Counted from the first letter of the stretch, positions 37,691 to 49,010 are shown. The stretch is DNA of 64,000 nucleotides from Bacteroidales bacterium (GCA_038204725.1 JBBRCQ010000003.1:11287-75286); one strand, 5' to 3'. Made by a program: numbers and translations. Notes: a model not told the origin generated them from the sequence alone.

Positions 37691-39094
37691 ATGCCTAGAC
37701 CATACACCATTTTGTTTTTAATTTTATTCCCTCTGCTGATATTTACTTCATGTGCAACTTATTATCAAAAAAATATAAAATTCCAAACCTGTGTTGTAAA
37801 TGGAGAGTTTACAAAAGCAAAAGAAATACTGGATAGCGATAAAGGGAAAACCGGGAAAAACCGTGTTTTGTATTTATTCAACAAAGGCTGGCTGCATTGG
37901 ATCATGAACGAAAACGTTGAAAGCAACCTTGCATTTGAAGAAGCAGATCTTCTCATTGAAGACCAGCAAAAAAACTATGGTCTCGAGGCATTGGCCTTGA
38001 TTACCAATCCCAATGTAAAACCCTATCAACCTGAAGATTTCGAAGTAGTGTTGGTAAACTATTTTAAAGCTTTAAACTATTTGAATTTAGGGAAATACAG
38101 TGAAGCCCTGATAGAGGCGAGACGTGTGAATGAAAAGCTGAATCAGCTGAACGACAAGTATCAGGATCACAAAAACCGTTACCAGGACGATGCATTTGCG
38201 CATGTGATAATGGGTTTGATTTATGATGCCAATCGTGAATACAATGATGCTTTTATCGCTTATCGCAATGCGCTGAATATATATGAGACCGCTTACGAAA
38301 AAAATTTCAATGTTCAGGTTCCTGAACAACTAAAATGGGATTTAATGCGTGCTGCATACCGTACCGGTTTTAATGAAGAACTCAGGTACTATGAACAGAA
38401 ATTCAATTTGAAATATGAGAACAAACCGAATGAAGGTGGGGAATTGGTTTTTTTCTGGCACAATGGGTTTGGTCCTATTAAATCCGAATGGAGCATTAAT
38501 TTCACCAAAACTGGCAGTAGTAATGGATTTGTAACTTTTGCCAATGAACAATATGGCATGTCATTTCCAATTTTTATCGGGGATAAATCAGATAGCGAAA
38601 AATCGGGCTTCTCAAAACTCAGCCTTTTACGCATTGCCTTCCCCAAATATCTGGAACGTAAACCGGTTTATAATTCAGCTGAAATAAATGTAAATGGGAT
38701 CGTTTATCCTTTGCAATATGCAGAGAATATCAACGGTATAGCTTTTAAAACACTCAACGACAGAATGCTACGCGAAATGGGGAATGCCATTTTGCGGTTG
38801 GCATCTAAAAAAGCATTGGAAGCGGTTGCCCGAAAGGAAAATGAAGATTTAGGAGCGGCCATTGGGATTGTAAATGCATTAACTGAGAAAACGGATACCC
38901 GCAATTGGCAATCCTTACCATATTCCATCTCTTACTCAAGAATTCCATTGGCAGTGGGCGAAAATACAGTAGATTTTTCTGCGTATGCTACCAATGCTGC
39001 TCCCAAAAAGGGAACCTTTAAATTTAACATTGTCAAAGGGAAAACAATTTTTTATACCTATACGTGTCTTGAAACCTACCCTCCTGTTGAATAA
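37691..39094 (+). CDS. Hypothetical lipoprotein with a TPR-like N-terminal half
   Basis: 467 aa with the lipobox 'LIFTSC'. It is paired with the LpoB-like gene. Confidence 0.5.
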   Translation: MPRPYTILFLILFPLLIFTSCATYYQKNIKFQTCVVNGEFTKAKEILDSDKGKTGKNRVLYLFNKGWLHWIMNENVESNLAFEEADLLIEDQQKNYGLEALALITNPNVKPYQPEDFEVVLVNYFKALNYLNLGKYSEALIEARRVNEKLNQLNDKYQDHKNRYQDDAFAHVIMGLIYDANREYNDAFIAYRNALNIYETAYEKNFNVQVPEQLKWDLMRAAYRTGFNEELRYYEQKFNLKYENKPNEGGELVFFWHNGFGPIKSEWSINFTKTGSSNGFVTFANEQYGMSFPIFIGDKSDSEKSGFSKLSLLRIAFPKYLERKPVYNSAEINVNGIVYPLQYAENINGIAFKTLNDRMLREMGNAILRLASKKALEAVARKENEDLGAAIGIVNALTEKTDTRNWQSLPYSISYSRIPLAVGENTVDFSAYATNAAPKKGTFKFNIVKGKTIFYTYTCLETYPPVE

Positions 39095-39209
39095 TTTTAT
39101 ACATTAAAAATGTCATACTCAGGTTAAAGAAAATAAAAAATTGATTAAGTTGTATTTTTTCACTAATTTTGTAAAAAAATTATATATTCCAATTTAATTT
39201 TAGAAAAAG

Positions 39210-40034
39210 ATGAGTAAAGGCAGGATATTATTTGTTACCCAGGAAATTACACCCTATTTAAAAGAGAGCCATATGGCAAATATCGGCCGTTATCTCCCAC
39301 AGGGTATCCAGGAAACGGGTAAAGAAATTAGGACATTCATGCCCCGATTTGGAAATATTAACGAAAGAAGAAACCAATTGCATGAAGTCATTCGTCTTTC
39401 AGGTATGAATCTGATTATCAACGACCAAGACCATCCTCTGATTATAAAGGTAGCCTCCATACAGTCAGCACGCATGCAGATTTATTTTATTGATAATGAA
39501 GATTATTTTCAACGTAAAGCAGTTTTTGCAGATAAAAATAATGTTTTTTACACTGATAATGATGAACGCGTTATTTTCTTTTCGAGAGGCGTTATTGAAA
39601 CTGTTAAAAAACTTAGCTGGTCTCCCGAAATCATCCATTGCCACGGCTGGATGACCAGTTTAATCCCATTGTATATCAAAAAAGCAGTAAAAGATAATCC
39701 TTTGTTTACCGATACCAAAGTTGTGATTTCTCTTTATGATGATGACTTTAAAGAAACCATGAATAAGGATTTCGCTGCAAAGATCAAATTACCTGGTATT
39801 ACTTCTAAAGATACCAAACAATATAAAACACCTACCTACGTTAACGTGATGAAAGCAGCCATTGATTTTTCGGATGGTATTATCATTGCAAATGAAAATA
39901 TCAATAGTGAATTGTTAGCATATGCAAATAATAGCGGAAAACCCGTACTTCCCTTTCAAACAAAAGAAAAATATGTTGCGGCGTATGCAAAATTTTATGA
40001 TAAAATCCTCATAACCGAAGCAGTCGTTTCCTGA
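39210..40034 (+). CDS. Short Bacteroidota-type glycogen/starch synthase-like protein
   Basis: 274 aa with 'ILFVTQEITPYLKES...RTFMPRFG', a GlgA N-terminal domain pattern. Confidence 0.7.
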   Translation: MSKGRILFVTQEITPYLKESHMANIGRYLPQGIQETGKEIRTFMPRFGNINERRNQLHEVIRLSGMNLIINDQDHPLIIKVASIQSARMQIYFIDNEDYFQRKAVFADKNNVFYTDNDERVIFFSRGVIETVKKLSWSPEIIHCHGWMTSLIPLYIKKAVKDNPLFTDTKVVISLYDDDFKETMNKDFAAKIKLPGITSKDTKQYKTPTYVNVMKAAIDFSDGIIIANENINSELLAYANNSGKPVLPFQTKEKYVAAYAKFYDKILITEAVVS

Positions 40035-40062
40035 CAACAAAATATTAATTTTAATTGATTCA

Positions 40063-41433
40063 ATGAAAACACATCAAATTAGCTTAAAGTACTTTACCCT
40101 GTTTTGTCTATTGGGATTTATGATTATTTTCTCATCCTGTGAAGAAGAACCTGATATGGTAGGTTTGAAACAATTACAAAATGAAAGATTAGGCCTTGGA
40201 TTTACTGATGATTCCGTAAAAGTAACTGCCTATTCCGTTTTTGATGATTCTTTAAGAACAGATAATTATCCGGCCAATTTACTAGGAACTATTAATGATC
40301 CAATTTTTGGAACAACCTCTGCCAATATTTATACACAGCTTCGTTTAACTAACCTTAGCCCTAATTTCCCAGCTGGTGCAATTTTTGATTCACTGGTGCT
40401 GTATTTACCATATACCGGAAGTTATCAAGCAGATCTGGCAACAATGGGTGATCAACATATCAAAATATATGAAGTTTCTCAACAAATGTTTCTGGACAGT
40501 ATTTATTATTCAGATCGTGTATTGAACGATCATGGAATTGAACTGGCTGACTTAACTTTTACGCCAAATGCTAAAGATAGTGTTATGATTAATGGCATAA
40601 AATATCCACCTATGTTGTCTGTTAAACTCAGTACAGCTTTGGGTACTAGTTTACTCACTGCTGCAGCTACTAATCTGTCAGACAATGATAAGTTTACAAC
40701 TTTTTTTAAAGGGATCGTAATCAAGTCACTTCCTTTAAGCACAATACAGGAAAACAAAGGTGCTATTCTGTATTTTAATTTGTTGTCGAGCTATTCCAAT
40801 ATGACATTGTATTATAAAAAGCTTTCTACGGATACAGTGAGTTCAAAATATAACTTTGCTATCAACGATAAAAGTGCGAAATATACCCATTTTAATCATT
40901 ATGGATATACAGGCACCCAATTAACACGTCCGGCTATTGTTGATTTTCAAAAACAGCTTGGAGTGGGTGGTTTCCCCAAAGATACCAATTTGGGTCAACA
41001 GCAATTATATCTTCAATCCATGGGAGGTGTTAAGGTCAACTTTAGATTCCCCAATTTAAGAACATGGAATTCAGGGAAAGTAATTATCAACGAAGCAGTT
41101 TTGGTATTAAAAAATACAGCTACAGATGATAAACACACCCCTCCAGCCATGTTATCGATTTTAAAAAGGCTTGCGAACGGAAAAACCGTTATTATACCGG
41201 ATATTTTGGAAGGTGCCGGTTTTTACGGTGGAACTTACAATGCTTCAACCGGAGAATATAGAATACGTGTTACCCGTTATGTTCAAAACATGATCAATAC
41301 AACCGACGAAGATTATGGTCTTGTAATGCTGATAGATAGCAGAAGGACTACAGCCAACCGTTTTGTATTTAAAGGAACTGCAGCTGTGCCAAACCCAATG
41401 AAACTCGAATTAAAATATACTGTAATAAAATAG
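40063..41433 (+). CDS. Hypothetical lipoprotein (DUF4270-like)
   Basis: 456 aa with the lipobox 'IFSSC'. The glgA-like / glmS neighbourhood is typical of DUF4270. Confidence 0.5.
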   Translation: MKTHQISLKYFTLFCLLGFMIIFSSCEEEPDMVGLKQLQNERLGLGFTDDSVKVTAYSVFDDSLRTDNYPANLLGTINDPIFGTTSANIYTQLRLTNLSPNFPAGAIFDSLVLYLPYTGSYQADLATMGDQHIKIYEVSQQMFLDSIYYSDRVLNDHGIELADLTFTPNAKDSVMINGIKYPPMLSVKLSTALGTSLLTAAATNLSDNDKFTTFFKGIVIKSLPLSTIQENKGAILYFNLLSSYSNMTLYYKKLSTDTVSSKYNFAINDKSAKYTHFNHYGYTGTQLTRPAIVDFQKQLGVGGFPKDTNLGQQQLYLQSMGGVKVNFRFPNLRTWNSGKVIINEAVLVLKNTATDDKHTPPAMLSILKRLANGKTVIIPDILEGAGFYGGTYNASTGEYRIRVTRYVQNMINTTDEDYGLVMLIDSRRTTANRFVFKGTAAVPNPMKLELKYTVIK

Positions 41434-41448
41434 ATAAAATTAAAATTT

Positions 41449-43287
41449 ATGTGCGGAATAGTAGGTTATATCGGCCCTAGAGAGGCTTATCCGATTTTAA
41501 TTAAAGGCTTGCACCGGTTGGAATACAGAGGTTACGACAGTGCCGGTATAGCAATTTTGAACAGCAAACTACACGTTTATAAAACCAAAGGGAAAGTTTC
41601 GGAACTAGAAAAATTCGTAAAGGGGAAAGATTTAACAGGAACTATCGGAATTGCTCATACACGTTGGGCTACACACGGTGAACCCAATGATGTGAATGCT
41701 CATCCACATTATTCGCAATCAGAAAATCTTGCATTAATACACAATGGCATTATCGAAAATTATGCTGTTTTGAAAGAAGAACTCGTTAAAAACGGTTACA
41801 CATTTTCAAGTAACACCGATACTGAAGTGTTAATCCAACTGATTGAATATATTAAAGAACATAACAATGTAACTTTATTACACGCAGTTCAGTTAGCATT
41901 GAATCAGGTGGTTGGTGCATATGCTATTGTGATCATCTCTAAAGACGATCCCAATACATTAATCGCTGCACGTAAAGGTAGCCCTTTGGTGATCGGGATC
42001 GGTGAAGATGATTTTTTCCTTGCTTCGGATGCAACACCTATTATTGAATATACAAAAAATGTTGTATATCTTGATGAAGAAGAAATTGCAGTTCTCAAAA
42101 GAGGCGAAAAATTGCAGATAACCACCATTAAAAATGTTGAAAAAACACCCATGATTCATAAACTTGAAATGAATTTATGCGAACTTGAAAAAGAAGGCTA
42201 TGATCATTTCATGTTAAAAGAAATCTACGAACAACCCAAAACCATTTTTGACAGTTGCCGTGGACGTATTCATAAAGAAATCAGTCATATATCCCTGGCC
42301 GGTATTATTGATCATAAAGATAAATTTTTAAACGCCAGAAGAATTATTATACTCGCTTGTGGTACTTCATGGCATTCAGGATTGGTAGGCGAATATCTCT
42401 TTGAAGAACTGGCCAAAATTCCTGTTGAAGTAGAATATTCATCAGAATTTAGATATCGCAAACCATTGATTTACAAAGACGATATCATTATTGCTATATC
42501 ACAATCCGGAGAAACAGCCGATACATTGGCTGCTATTGAACTTGCAAAATCACAAGGTGCATTTATTTATGGAATATGTAATGTTGTTGGCTCGTCTATC
42601 GCAAGAGCAGCACATACAGGTTCATTCACGCATGCAGGTCCCGAAATAGGTGTAGCTTCCACCAAAGCTTTTACTGCACAAGTTGCCGTGCTTACGTTAA
42701 TGGCATTAGCCATTGCACAGGAAAAAGGAACTGTCGACAATAAATTGTTTAAAGAAATTGTGGACGAATTGGAATCCATTCCCGAAAAAGTTACAGAAGT
42801 TTTAAAACAAGATCACAATATCAAAGAAATTGCCAAAATATTTACCTATGCACGCAATTTCCTTTATTTAGGCCGTGGTTATAATTTCCCTGTGGCGTTG
42901 GAAGGAGCATTGAAATTAAAGGAAATTTCTTATATTCATGCCGAAGGCTATCCTGCAGCTGAAATGAAACATGGACCCATTGCACTGATAGATGCAGAAA
43001 TGCCGGTAGTAGTGATTGCAACCAATAAAGGAACCTACGAAAAGGTAATCAGCAATATCCAGGAAGTAAAAGCCCGTAAGGGGAAAATAATTTCCATCAT
43101 TACTCAGGGAGATATTACCGTTAAGGAACTTTCTGATTTTTATATTGAGATCCCTGAAGTAAAAGAAATGCTAGTTCCTATTCTGGCTACGGTTCCTTTG
43201 CAATTGTTGGCTTATCATATTGCCATTAACAGAGGTTGCAATGTAGATCAGCCCAGAAATCTGGCAAAATCGGTTACCGTGGAATAA
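41449..43287 (+). CDS. glmS: Glutamine--fructose-6-phosphate aminotransferase
   Basis: 612 aa with the 'MCGIVGY' N-terminal nucleophile, two SIS domains and C-terminal 'LAKSVTVE'. Confidence 0.95.
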   Translation: MCGIVGYIGPREAYPILIKGLHRLEYRGYDSAGIAILNSKLHVYKTKGKVSELEKFVKGKDLTGTIGIAHTRWATHGEPNDVNAHPHYSQSENLALIHNGIIENYAVLKEELVKNGYTFSSNTDTEVLIQLIEYIKEHNNVTLLHAVQLALNQVVGAYAIVIISKDDPNTLIAARKGSPLVIGIGEDDFFLASDATPIIEYTKNVVYLDEEEIAVLKRGEKLQITTIKNVEKTPMIHKLEMNLCELEKEGYDHFMLKEIYEQPKTIFDSCRGRIHKEISHISLAGIIDHKDKFLNARRIIILACGTSWHSGLVGEYLFEELAKIPVEVEYSSEFRYRKPLIYKDDIIIAISQSGETADTLAAIELAKSQGAFIYGICNVVGSSIARAAHTGSFTHAGPEIGVASTKAFTAQVAVLTLMALAIAQEKGTVDNKLFKEIVDELESIPEKVTEVLKQDHNIKEIAKIFTYARNFLYLGRGYNFPVALEGALKLKEISYIHAEGYPAAEMKHGPIALIDAEMPVVVIATNKGTYEKVISNIQEVKARKGKIISIITQGDITVKELSDFYIEIPEVKEMLVPILATVPLQLLAYHIAINRGCNVDQPRNLAKSVTVE

Positions 43288-43304
43288 TTGATTTTTTGAA
43301 ATTT

Positions 43305-43338
43305 AAAAAAAGCCAAATTTAACAATTTGGCTTTTTTT
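43305..43338. terminator. Bidirectional terminator (glmS / sodB convergent)
   Basis: aaaaaaagccaaatt-taaca-aatttggcttttttt. Confidence 0.7.
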
Positions 43339-43440
43339 GTTGTGTGTAGTCTTAATTTAATTTGTAACAAATGAGTGATATTTACACTTGGAATGAAACT
43401 ATCACTATGTGTAACTTTATAAGCTTTATGAACTGTTCTT

Positions 43441-44016
43441 TTACAACCGTCCACTTACGGCATCCCAATCCACTATGTTCCAGAAAGCTGAAATGTAATC
43501 AGGCCTTTTATTTTGTTGGTCAAGATAGTAGGCATGTTCCCATACGTCACAGGTTAACAATGGCGTAAGCCCATTTCTTAAAGGATTGCCTGCATTGCTT
43601 TCCTGAACTATATCCAGCGTACCATCCTGTTTCTTAACGAGCCAGGCCCAGCCTGAACCAAACAAAGTAGCAGATGCTGTTGAGAATTTTTGTTTGAAAT
43701 CGTCAAAAGAACCAAAAGATTTATTGATGGCTTCCAGCAATTTCCCTTCGGGAGTGCCGCCACCTTTTGGTTTTAAACAATTCCAGTAAAAAGTATGGTT
43801 CCATATTTGGGCACCATTGTTAAAAATACCACCCGAAGCTTTTTTGATGATATCTTCCAGTTTTGCATTTTCAAATTCGGTACCGGGTACCAGGTTGTTC
43901 AGGTTATTTACATACGCCTGATGGTGTTTTCCATAATGAAATTCAATGGTTCTTTTTGAAATAAAGGGTTCCAATGCATCCATTGCATAAGGTAATGCAG
44001 GTAATTCGAAAGCCAT
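43441..44016 (-). CDS. sodB: Fe/Mn superoxide dismutase (SodB-like)
   Basis: 191 aa with 'FELPALPY', '[10 protein letters not shown]' and 'DVWEHAYY'. Confidence 0.93.
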   Translation of the reverse strand: MAFELPALPYAMDALEPFISKRTIEFHYGKHHQAYVNNLNNLVPGTEFENAKLEDIIKKASGGIFNNGAQIWNHTFYWNCLKPKGGGTPEGKLLEAINKSFGSFDDFKQKFSTASATLFGSGWAWLVKKQDGTLDIVQESNAGNPLRNGLTPLLTCDVWEHAYYLDQQNKRPDYISAFWNIVDWDAVSGRL

Positions 44017-44092
44017 GATGATAAGGTTTTAAAGGTTAAACAAATATTTTTGAAAGCTAAACAAATTGTAAAACATTATGTTCAATATGATT

Positions 44093-45703
44093 TTATTTTT
44101 TCAGCTCTTCAACTGCTTTTAAAAAGGCAGCATCTGTTTGAAGATATACCGGATAAAATCCTTTGTCGTCAAAAATATTTCTACCTATAAAAGCCTTGAG
44201 CATTATTTTTACTTTTCCAATAGATGCTGCATAGCCTTTCAGATTTTTTGGAACACCGTTTTTGGTAGCATAAGCTGTAAATTCATTCATGATATTTTCG
44301 TCAATTCTGAAATTTTGCACATAATCCTGCGCATTTTTAAAAGCTGTAAATGCTTTTCTGTTTTTATCAGTGTATTCAAAGGCAAATTGATAAATAGTAC
44401 CTTTATTGGTTAATTGATTGTAATACTCAAGATTTTTGTCCATGTGTAAAGGGATGTAAATGTCGGGCATAATTCCTCCACCTCCGTATACTATTTTCCC
44501 TTTGGGCGTCGTGTATTTTAATGAATCTGCAAATTTTGTACTATCTGATGATTCTAATTCGCCATTCAGATATCTTTGGTTGAGATCATTCATGTATTCT
44601 TCCAGACCGTGTTGATATGATTTTTGAATGCATCTTCCTGTGGGGGTATGATACCTTGCTACCGTGAGCCGTACGGCAGAACCGTCGGATAAATTGAATT
44701 GTTCCTGTACCAGTCCTTTTCCAAAGGAACGTCTGCCGATGATGGTTCCTCTATCATTATCCTGAATAGCACCCGCAATTATTTCGCTGGCAGAAGCCGA
44801 AAATTCATCAATCAGTACAACCAATGCTTTGTTTTCTGAAATGCCATTTTTTGTGGCATAAGCATATTCTTTAGGCCTGTTTTTACCTTCGGTATATACA
44901 ATCAATTTCCCATCAGTAAGAAACTGATCAGCCACATCAATGGCTGCCTGCAGAAAACCTCCTCCGTTTCCTCTCAGATCCAGGATTAATTTTTGCATCC
45001 CCTGTTTGTTTAATTGTTTCAATGCCTTCCAAAATTCCTGTGTGGTGGTTGACGAAAATTTACTGAGTTTGATATATCCTATTTGTTTATCAACCATATA
45101 AGAAATATCAATACTATAATTAGGTATAACATCCCTGATAATATTAAAATCAATCAAATTCCTGACACCTCGTCTGAAAATGCTTACTTTGACAGTTGAA
45201 CCTTTTTTGCCTTTCAGCTTTTTTCTCACATCAGTATCTATAATGCCAATATTTGCCACTTTTTTCCCATCTACTTTAACAATTCTGTCGCCGGCTTTGA
45301 TTCCGTTTTTTTCGGAAGGACCACCCGACACTGTATTGACTACCATGATGGTATCTTTTATAATCTGGAATTGAACACCTATGCCTTCAAAGTTGCCCAT
45401 CAATTGATCGTTGACATCGTTAAACTCTTCAGCAGCAATATAGGCTGAATGAGGATCCAGGCTCTGCAGCATGCCATTGATAGCATTATTCTGTAACTTT
45501 TCAATTGAAATGGTATCCACATAATCCTGTATGACAAAATTAATGACATCATTGATTTTGTCATACCCCTGATTCTTTATGGAAAACATTTGTTTGTTTT
45601 GCAAGGTTCCCGAAAGGATAATACCGAGTATAATACCAATTATCAGTACAATAGAAAAGATGATAGGTAAATATTTATTGTTTGAAGTTGATTTTTCGTT
45701 CAT
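44093..45703 (-). CDS. S41-family carboxy-terminal processing peptidase
   Basis: 536 aa with an N-terminal TM segment, a PDZ domain ('GIGV...GDRIVKVDG'), 'DEFSASASEI' and 'RRSFGKG'. Confidence 0.9.
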   Translation of the reverse strand: MNEKSTSNNKYLPIIFSIVLIIGIILGIILSGTLQNKQMFSIKNQGYDKINDVINFVIQDYVDTISIEKLQNNAINGMLQSLDPHSAYIAAEEFNDVNDQLMGNFEGIGVQFQIIKDTIMVVNTVSGGPSEKNGIKAGDRIVKVDGKKVANIGIIDTDVRKKLKGKKGSTVKVSIFRRGVRNLIDFNIIRDVIPNYSIDISYMVDKQIGYIKLSKFSSTTTQEFWKALKQLNKQGMQKLILDLRGNGGGFLQAAIDVADQFLTDGKLIVYTEGKNRPKEYAYATKNGISENKALVVLIDEFSASASEIIAGAIQDNDRGTIIGRRSFGKGLVQEQFNLSDGSAVRLTVARYHTPTGRCIQKSYQHGLEEYMNDLNQRYLNGELESSDSTKFADSLKYTTPKGKIVYGGGGIMPDIYIPLHMDKNLEYYNQLTNKGTIYQFAFEYTDKNRKAFTAFKNAQDYVQNFRIDENIMNEFTAYATKNGVPKNLKGYAASIGKVKIMLKAFIGRNIFDDKGFYPVYLQTDAAFLKAVEELKK

Positions 45704-46227
45704 GTTGAGTGTGTATAAAATATTGGCATTTAAGTAAATGCTAAAATTCGCTTAAATTGTTTTGAATTACTTCAGTTATGTGTTCACAAAAGTACAAAAA
45801 AAGCTTTGTATTAATTCTGTAAATTTTCTTAATTAAAACAAATTTTTTATAAAGATAGCTTCAGTTTGATGTAACTTTATATATCAATAAAATACTAATA
45901 GTATTGAAAAACAACAATAAGTGTATTTCTGCAAATTGAGAATAATCCCGAAATTGCTGTAAAGTGGATATCTCTGATAACCTGGATTGGTGATGTAAAA
46001 AATAAACAATTAAAAAAATATAATATGAAACGAGCCATGAGAACTATTCACACACACGAGGATGTTTATTTGGCGAAAAGAAGTTCACGAACACCTTTAA
46101 TAATAAATAAAACTGTGAGTAATTCTCACGAATAATCAGGACAGGCTATCGACGAAATTAAAATAGAATTCATAAACACAACATACCTAACATTAATCAA
46201 TTCAGTTATTTAATAAAAAATAAACAG

Positions 46228-46731
46228 ATGAAAACAATATTCTTATGGATGACCGTATTTATGTTTGTTTTTTCAGGCTTTGCTCAATCAACAAAGGTGA
46301 ATAACAACACAAGCAGTGAAAAATCTGATTTTAAAGCCAACAATGGATTAACAATTGACTTTAGCAAACGTCCAGCAACGCTTAAAGATGTGGAGGATAA
46401 TTTCGCCAAAGGAATAGAAAAATTTGACCTCAAAGATTACAAAGGAGCAATTGAAGAATTTACGAAAGCTATAGAGCGTAACAATCTGCAATATGAAGAA
46501 GCTTATTATAACAGAGGGGTTTCAAAGTATAAACTTGATGACTTTAACGGAGCAATTGAAGACTATACTAAGGCGATAGAAGTTAACCCGACTTATGCCA
46601 AGGCTTATTATAACAGAGGAATTACAAAAAGTAAATTAGGACAGACAAGCGGCGTTTGTTTGGATCTGCAAAAAGCAGGAGAATTAGGCTATGCCAAAGC
46701 TTTTGTCGATTTAAAGGAATTCTGCAAATAG
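46228..46731 (+). CDS. Secreted TPR-repeat protein
   Basis: 167 aa with a signal peptide and three 'A..Y.RG..K..L.D..GAI.DY.KAIE..P' repeats. Confidence 0.8.
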   Translation: MKTIFLWMTVFMFVFSGFAQSTKVNNNTSSEKSDFKANNGLTIDFSKRPATLKDVEDNFAKGIEKFDLKDYKGAIEEFTKAIERNNLQYEEAYYNRGVSKYKLDDFNGAIEDYTKAIEVNPTYAKAYYNRGITKSKLGQTSGVCLDLQKAGELGYAKAFVDLKEFCK

Positions 46732-47148
46732 AATTAAATAATTTTTTCAGAATATTATTCCGAAAAAAAATCAAAAAAGGCTACTAAATAATAATTGCTA
46801 AGGAATTATCAATAATAAAGTTTACAAATTTGGTGAAATTATATAATTCCATTCACCATAGAAATCATTACAGTTCTATATTGAATTTTCATTTTTCTTA
46901 TCCTGATAGTTTCACAAATATTAAATATGTTTCTTCGTAAAGTTGAATTTTCACCTTCCTCTTCCCTGAAACTCAATACTTATACACCGCTAATTATGGT
47001 AACGGATCAATCAGATAGCTGAGTTGATCAATAGAAACATAGAGTACTGAGCCATTAAAGGCTCCCCAGCTTACGAATTTTAATTACAATAAAATAAAAA
47101 AACCCTCACAACTAATTAAAGTGCAAGGGTTTTAGTGCTTTTAAAATG

Positions 47149-47232
47149 TACCCGGAGCCGGGATCGAACCGGCACGAGTGTAACCTCATCGGTTTTTGAG
47201 ACCGACGCGTCTACCAATTCCGCCATCCGGGC
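47149..47232 (-). tRNA. tRNA-Leu (anticodon CAA)
   Basis: Minus strand: GCCCGGA acceptor, anticodon stem tcggt/accga with loop CTCAAAA, a long variable arm, and T-arm gccgg-ttcgatc-ccggc. Confidence 0.9.
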
Positions 47233-47381
47233 GTTTGTTAAGAACTTTTTTTATGGATTGCAAAAGTAGTGCTTTTTTATGAACCATTTACAAAAAAAGT
47301 TTAAAAATTTATTTTATCTGATTTTAGCCTGTTTTTAAAATAAAATAGTTAATTTTGCCATCCAAAGTAATAAGCCTCACA

Positions 47382-48326
47382 ATGTCAAATCTTGTAAATA
47401 TTTTTTCCGGAAGAGCCACCCGTTATCTGGCTGAAAAAATTGCCGATTATTATGGCAAAGAACTTGGTAAATCAGTAGTTGTGGAATTTTCCGATGGGGA
47501 ATTTCAACCATCTTTTGAACAAAATATTAGAGGAAATGATGTTTTTATCATACAATCTACTTTTGCTCCAACCGAAAATTTATTTGAGTTACTCATGATG
47601 ATTGATGCTGCCAAAAGAGCATCTGCACGACGCATAATTGCCGTGATTCCTTATTTTGGATTTGCACGCCAGGACAGAAAAGACAAACCAAGAGTTTCAA
47701 TTGCCGCCAAACTGGTTGCCAATTTATTAACTGCAGCTGGAGTACAACGGGTTATTACAATGGACCTGCATGCAGACCAGATTCAAGGTTTTTTTGATGT
47801 ACCGGTTGACCATTTATATGGTTCTTCTGTTTTTATCAATTACGTCAGAAGTCTAAACTTACCCAATCTTACTTTTGCTTCACCCGACACTGGTGGTACA
47901 CGTAGAGCAGGCATGTATGCCAAAACCCTGGGAACAGGTTTTGTGATTTGTTATAAACAAAGAACCAAACCCAACGAGGTAGGTAAAATGGAACTGATAG
48001 GTGATGTAAAGGGTAAAAACGTTATTTTACTCGACGACATCATCGATACAGGAAATACGATTGTAAAAGCAGCTTACCTGATGATGGAAAACGGTGCTGA
48101 AAGCGTAAGAGCCGTCATAACACATCCACTGTTAACTGGAAATGCTTATGAAATGATTGAAAACTCTCCTTTTACTGAAGTTGTTGTAAGCGATACCATT
48201 CCTTTACAACGCCAGAGCAGCAAAATACATGTGATCACCGTTGCCAAACTCATCTCTGATGTGATCCGTAGGGTTGAAAACAACGAATCTATTTCTAATT
48301 TGTACAACACTTTCGAAATTCAATAA
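47382..48326 (+). CDS. prs: Ribose-phosphate pyrophosphokinase
   Basis: ATG at 47382 ('MSNLVNIFSG'). It has 'FGFARQDRK', 'DLHADQIQGFF' and 'VILLDDIIDTGNT'. Confidence 0.92.
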   Translation: MSNLVNIFSGRATRYLAEKIADYYGKELGKSVVVEFSDGEFQPSFEQNIRGNDVFIIQSTFAPTENLFELLMMIDAAKRASARRIIAVIPYFGFARQDRKDKPRVSIAAKLVANLLTAAGVQRVITMDLHADQIQGFFDVPVDHLYGSSVFINYVRSLNLPNLTFASPDTGGTRRAGMYAKTLGTGFVICYKQRTKPNEVGKMELIGDVKGKNVILLDDIIDTGNTIVKAAYLMMENGAESVRAVITHPLLTGNAYEMIENSPFTEVVVSDTIPLQRQSSKIHVITVAKLISDVIRRVENNESISNLYNTFEIQ

Positions 48327-48407
48327 TACGCCTTTATATTTAATTAATAATTAGAGAGATAAGCTTATAGGGCGAAAGTTTTATTCCTCATAAACAAATA
48401 AATTACA

Positions 48408-48989
48408 ATGAAAATAGTATCTATGAGCGGTTCTCTGAGAGAGAACGTAGGGAAAAAAGATGCAAAAATGAACAGGAAAAACGGTAAAGTGCCTTGTGTC
48501 CTTTATGGTGGAAAAGATCAGTTTCATTTTTTAGCAGATGAAAAAGATTTTAAAGACATCATTTTCACACCTGAAGTATGTTTTATTGATTTGGACATCA
48601 ATGGGAAAAAATACAAGGCCACATTACAGGATGTTCAATATCACCCAGTAAGTGATAACATTTTACATGTGGATTTTCTTCAGATTATCGAAGATAAACC
48701 CATTATCATGAGTATTCCTATTAAAGTCATCGGAACTTCTCCCGGTATTTTAAGAGGTGGTAAAATGGTTGTTAAAATGAGGAAATTAAAAGTTAAAGGG
48801 TTGGCAAGTGTTTTACCCGATGATATTAAAATTGACATTTCTCCATTGGATATCGACGATTTTGTTAAAGTGAACAATTTAGAGATAGAAGGTGTTGAAT
48901 TTTTAAATGTTAAAAGTTCAATTGTTCTTATTATCAAACCAACACGTGGAGTAGAAGCTGCTGAAGCAACTGCTGAAGTTAAGAAATAA
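48408..48989 (+). CDS. rplY: 50S ribosomal protein L25 / Ctc
   Basis: 193 aa with 'RENVGKKDAKMNRKNGKVPCVLYGG' and a Ctc-type C-terminal domain. Confidence 0.9.
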   Translation: MKIVSMSGSLRENVGKKDAKMNRKNGKVPCVLYGGKDQFHFLADEKDFKDIIFTPEVCFIDLDINGKKYKATLQDVQYHPVSDNILHVDFLQIIEDKPIIMSIPIKVIGTSPGILRGGKMVVKMRKLKVKGLASVLPDDIKIDISPLDIDDFVKVNNLEIEGVEFLNVKSSIVLIIKPTRGVEAAEATAEVKK

Positions 48990-49010
48990 CATTTCTAAAC
49001 GAATTTTAAA

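Noticed and set aside
41434-41448. glmS ribozyme upstream of glmS
   Set aside because: Only 15 nt separate glmS from the preceding gene, and the ribozyme is known essentially from Gram-positive bacteria.
46025-46135. 36-codon ORF 'MKRAMRTIHTHEDVYLAKRSSRTPLIINKTVSNSHE' in the ctp/TPR divergent spacer
   Set aside because: It is short, has no recognisable family, and sits in a likely promoter region. It cannot be supported from sequence alone.
46732-47232. tRNA-Leu as an integration site for a genomic island
   Set aside because: There is no integrase, and I saw no direct repeat of the tRNA 3' end in the flanking ~1.5 kb. The neighbours are housekeeping genes.
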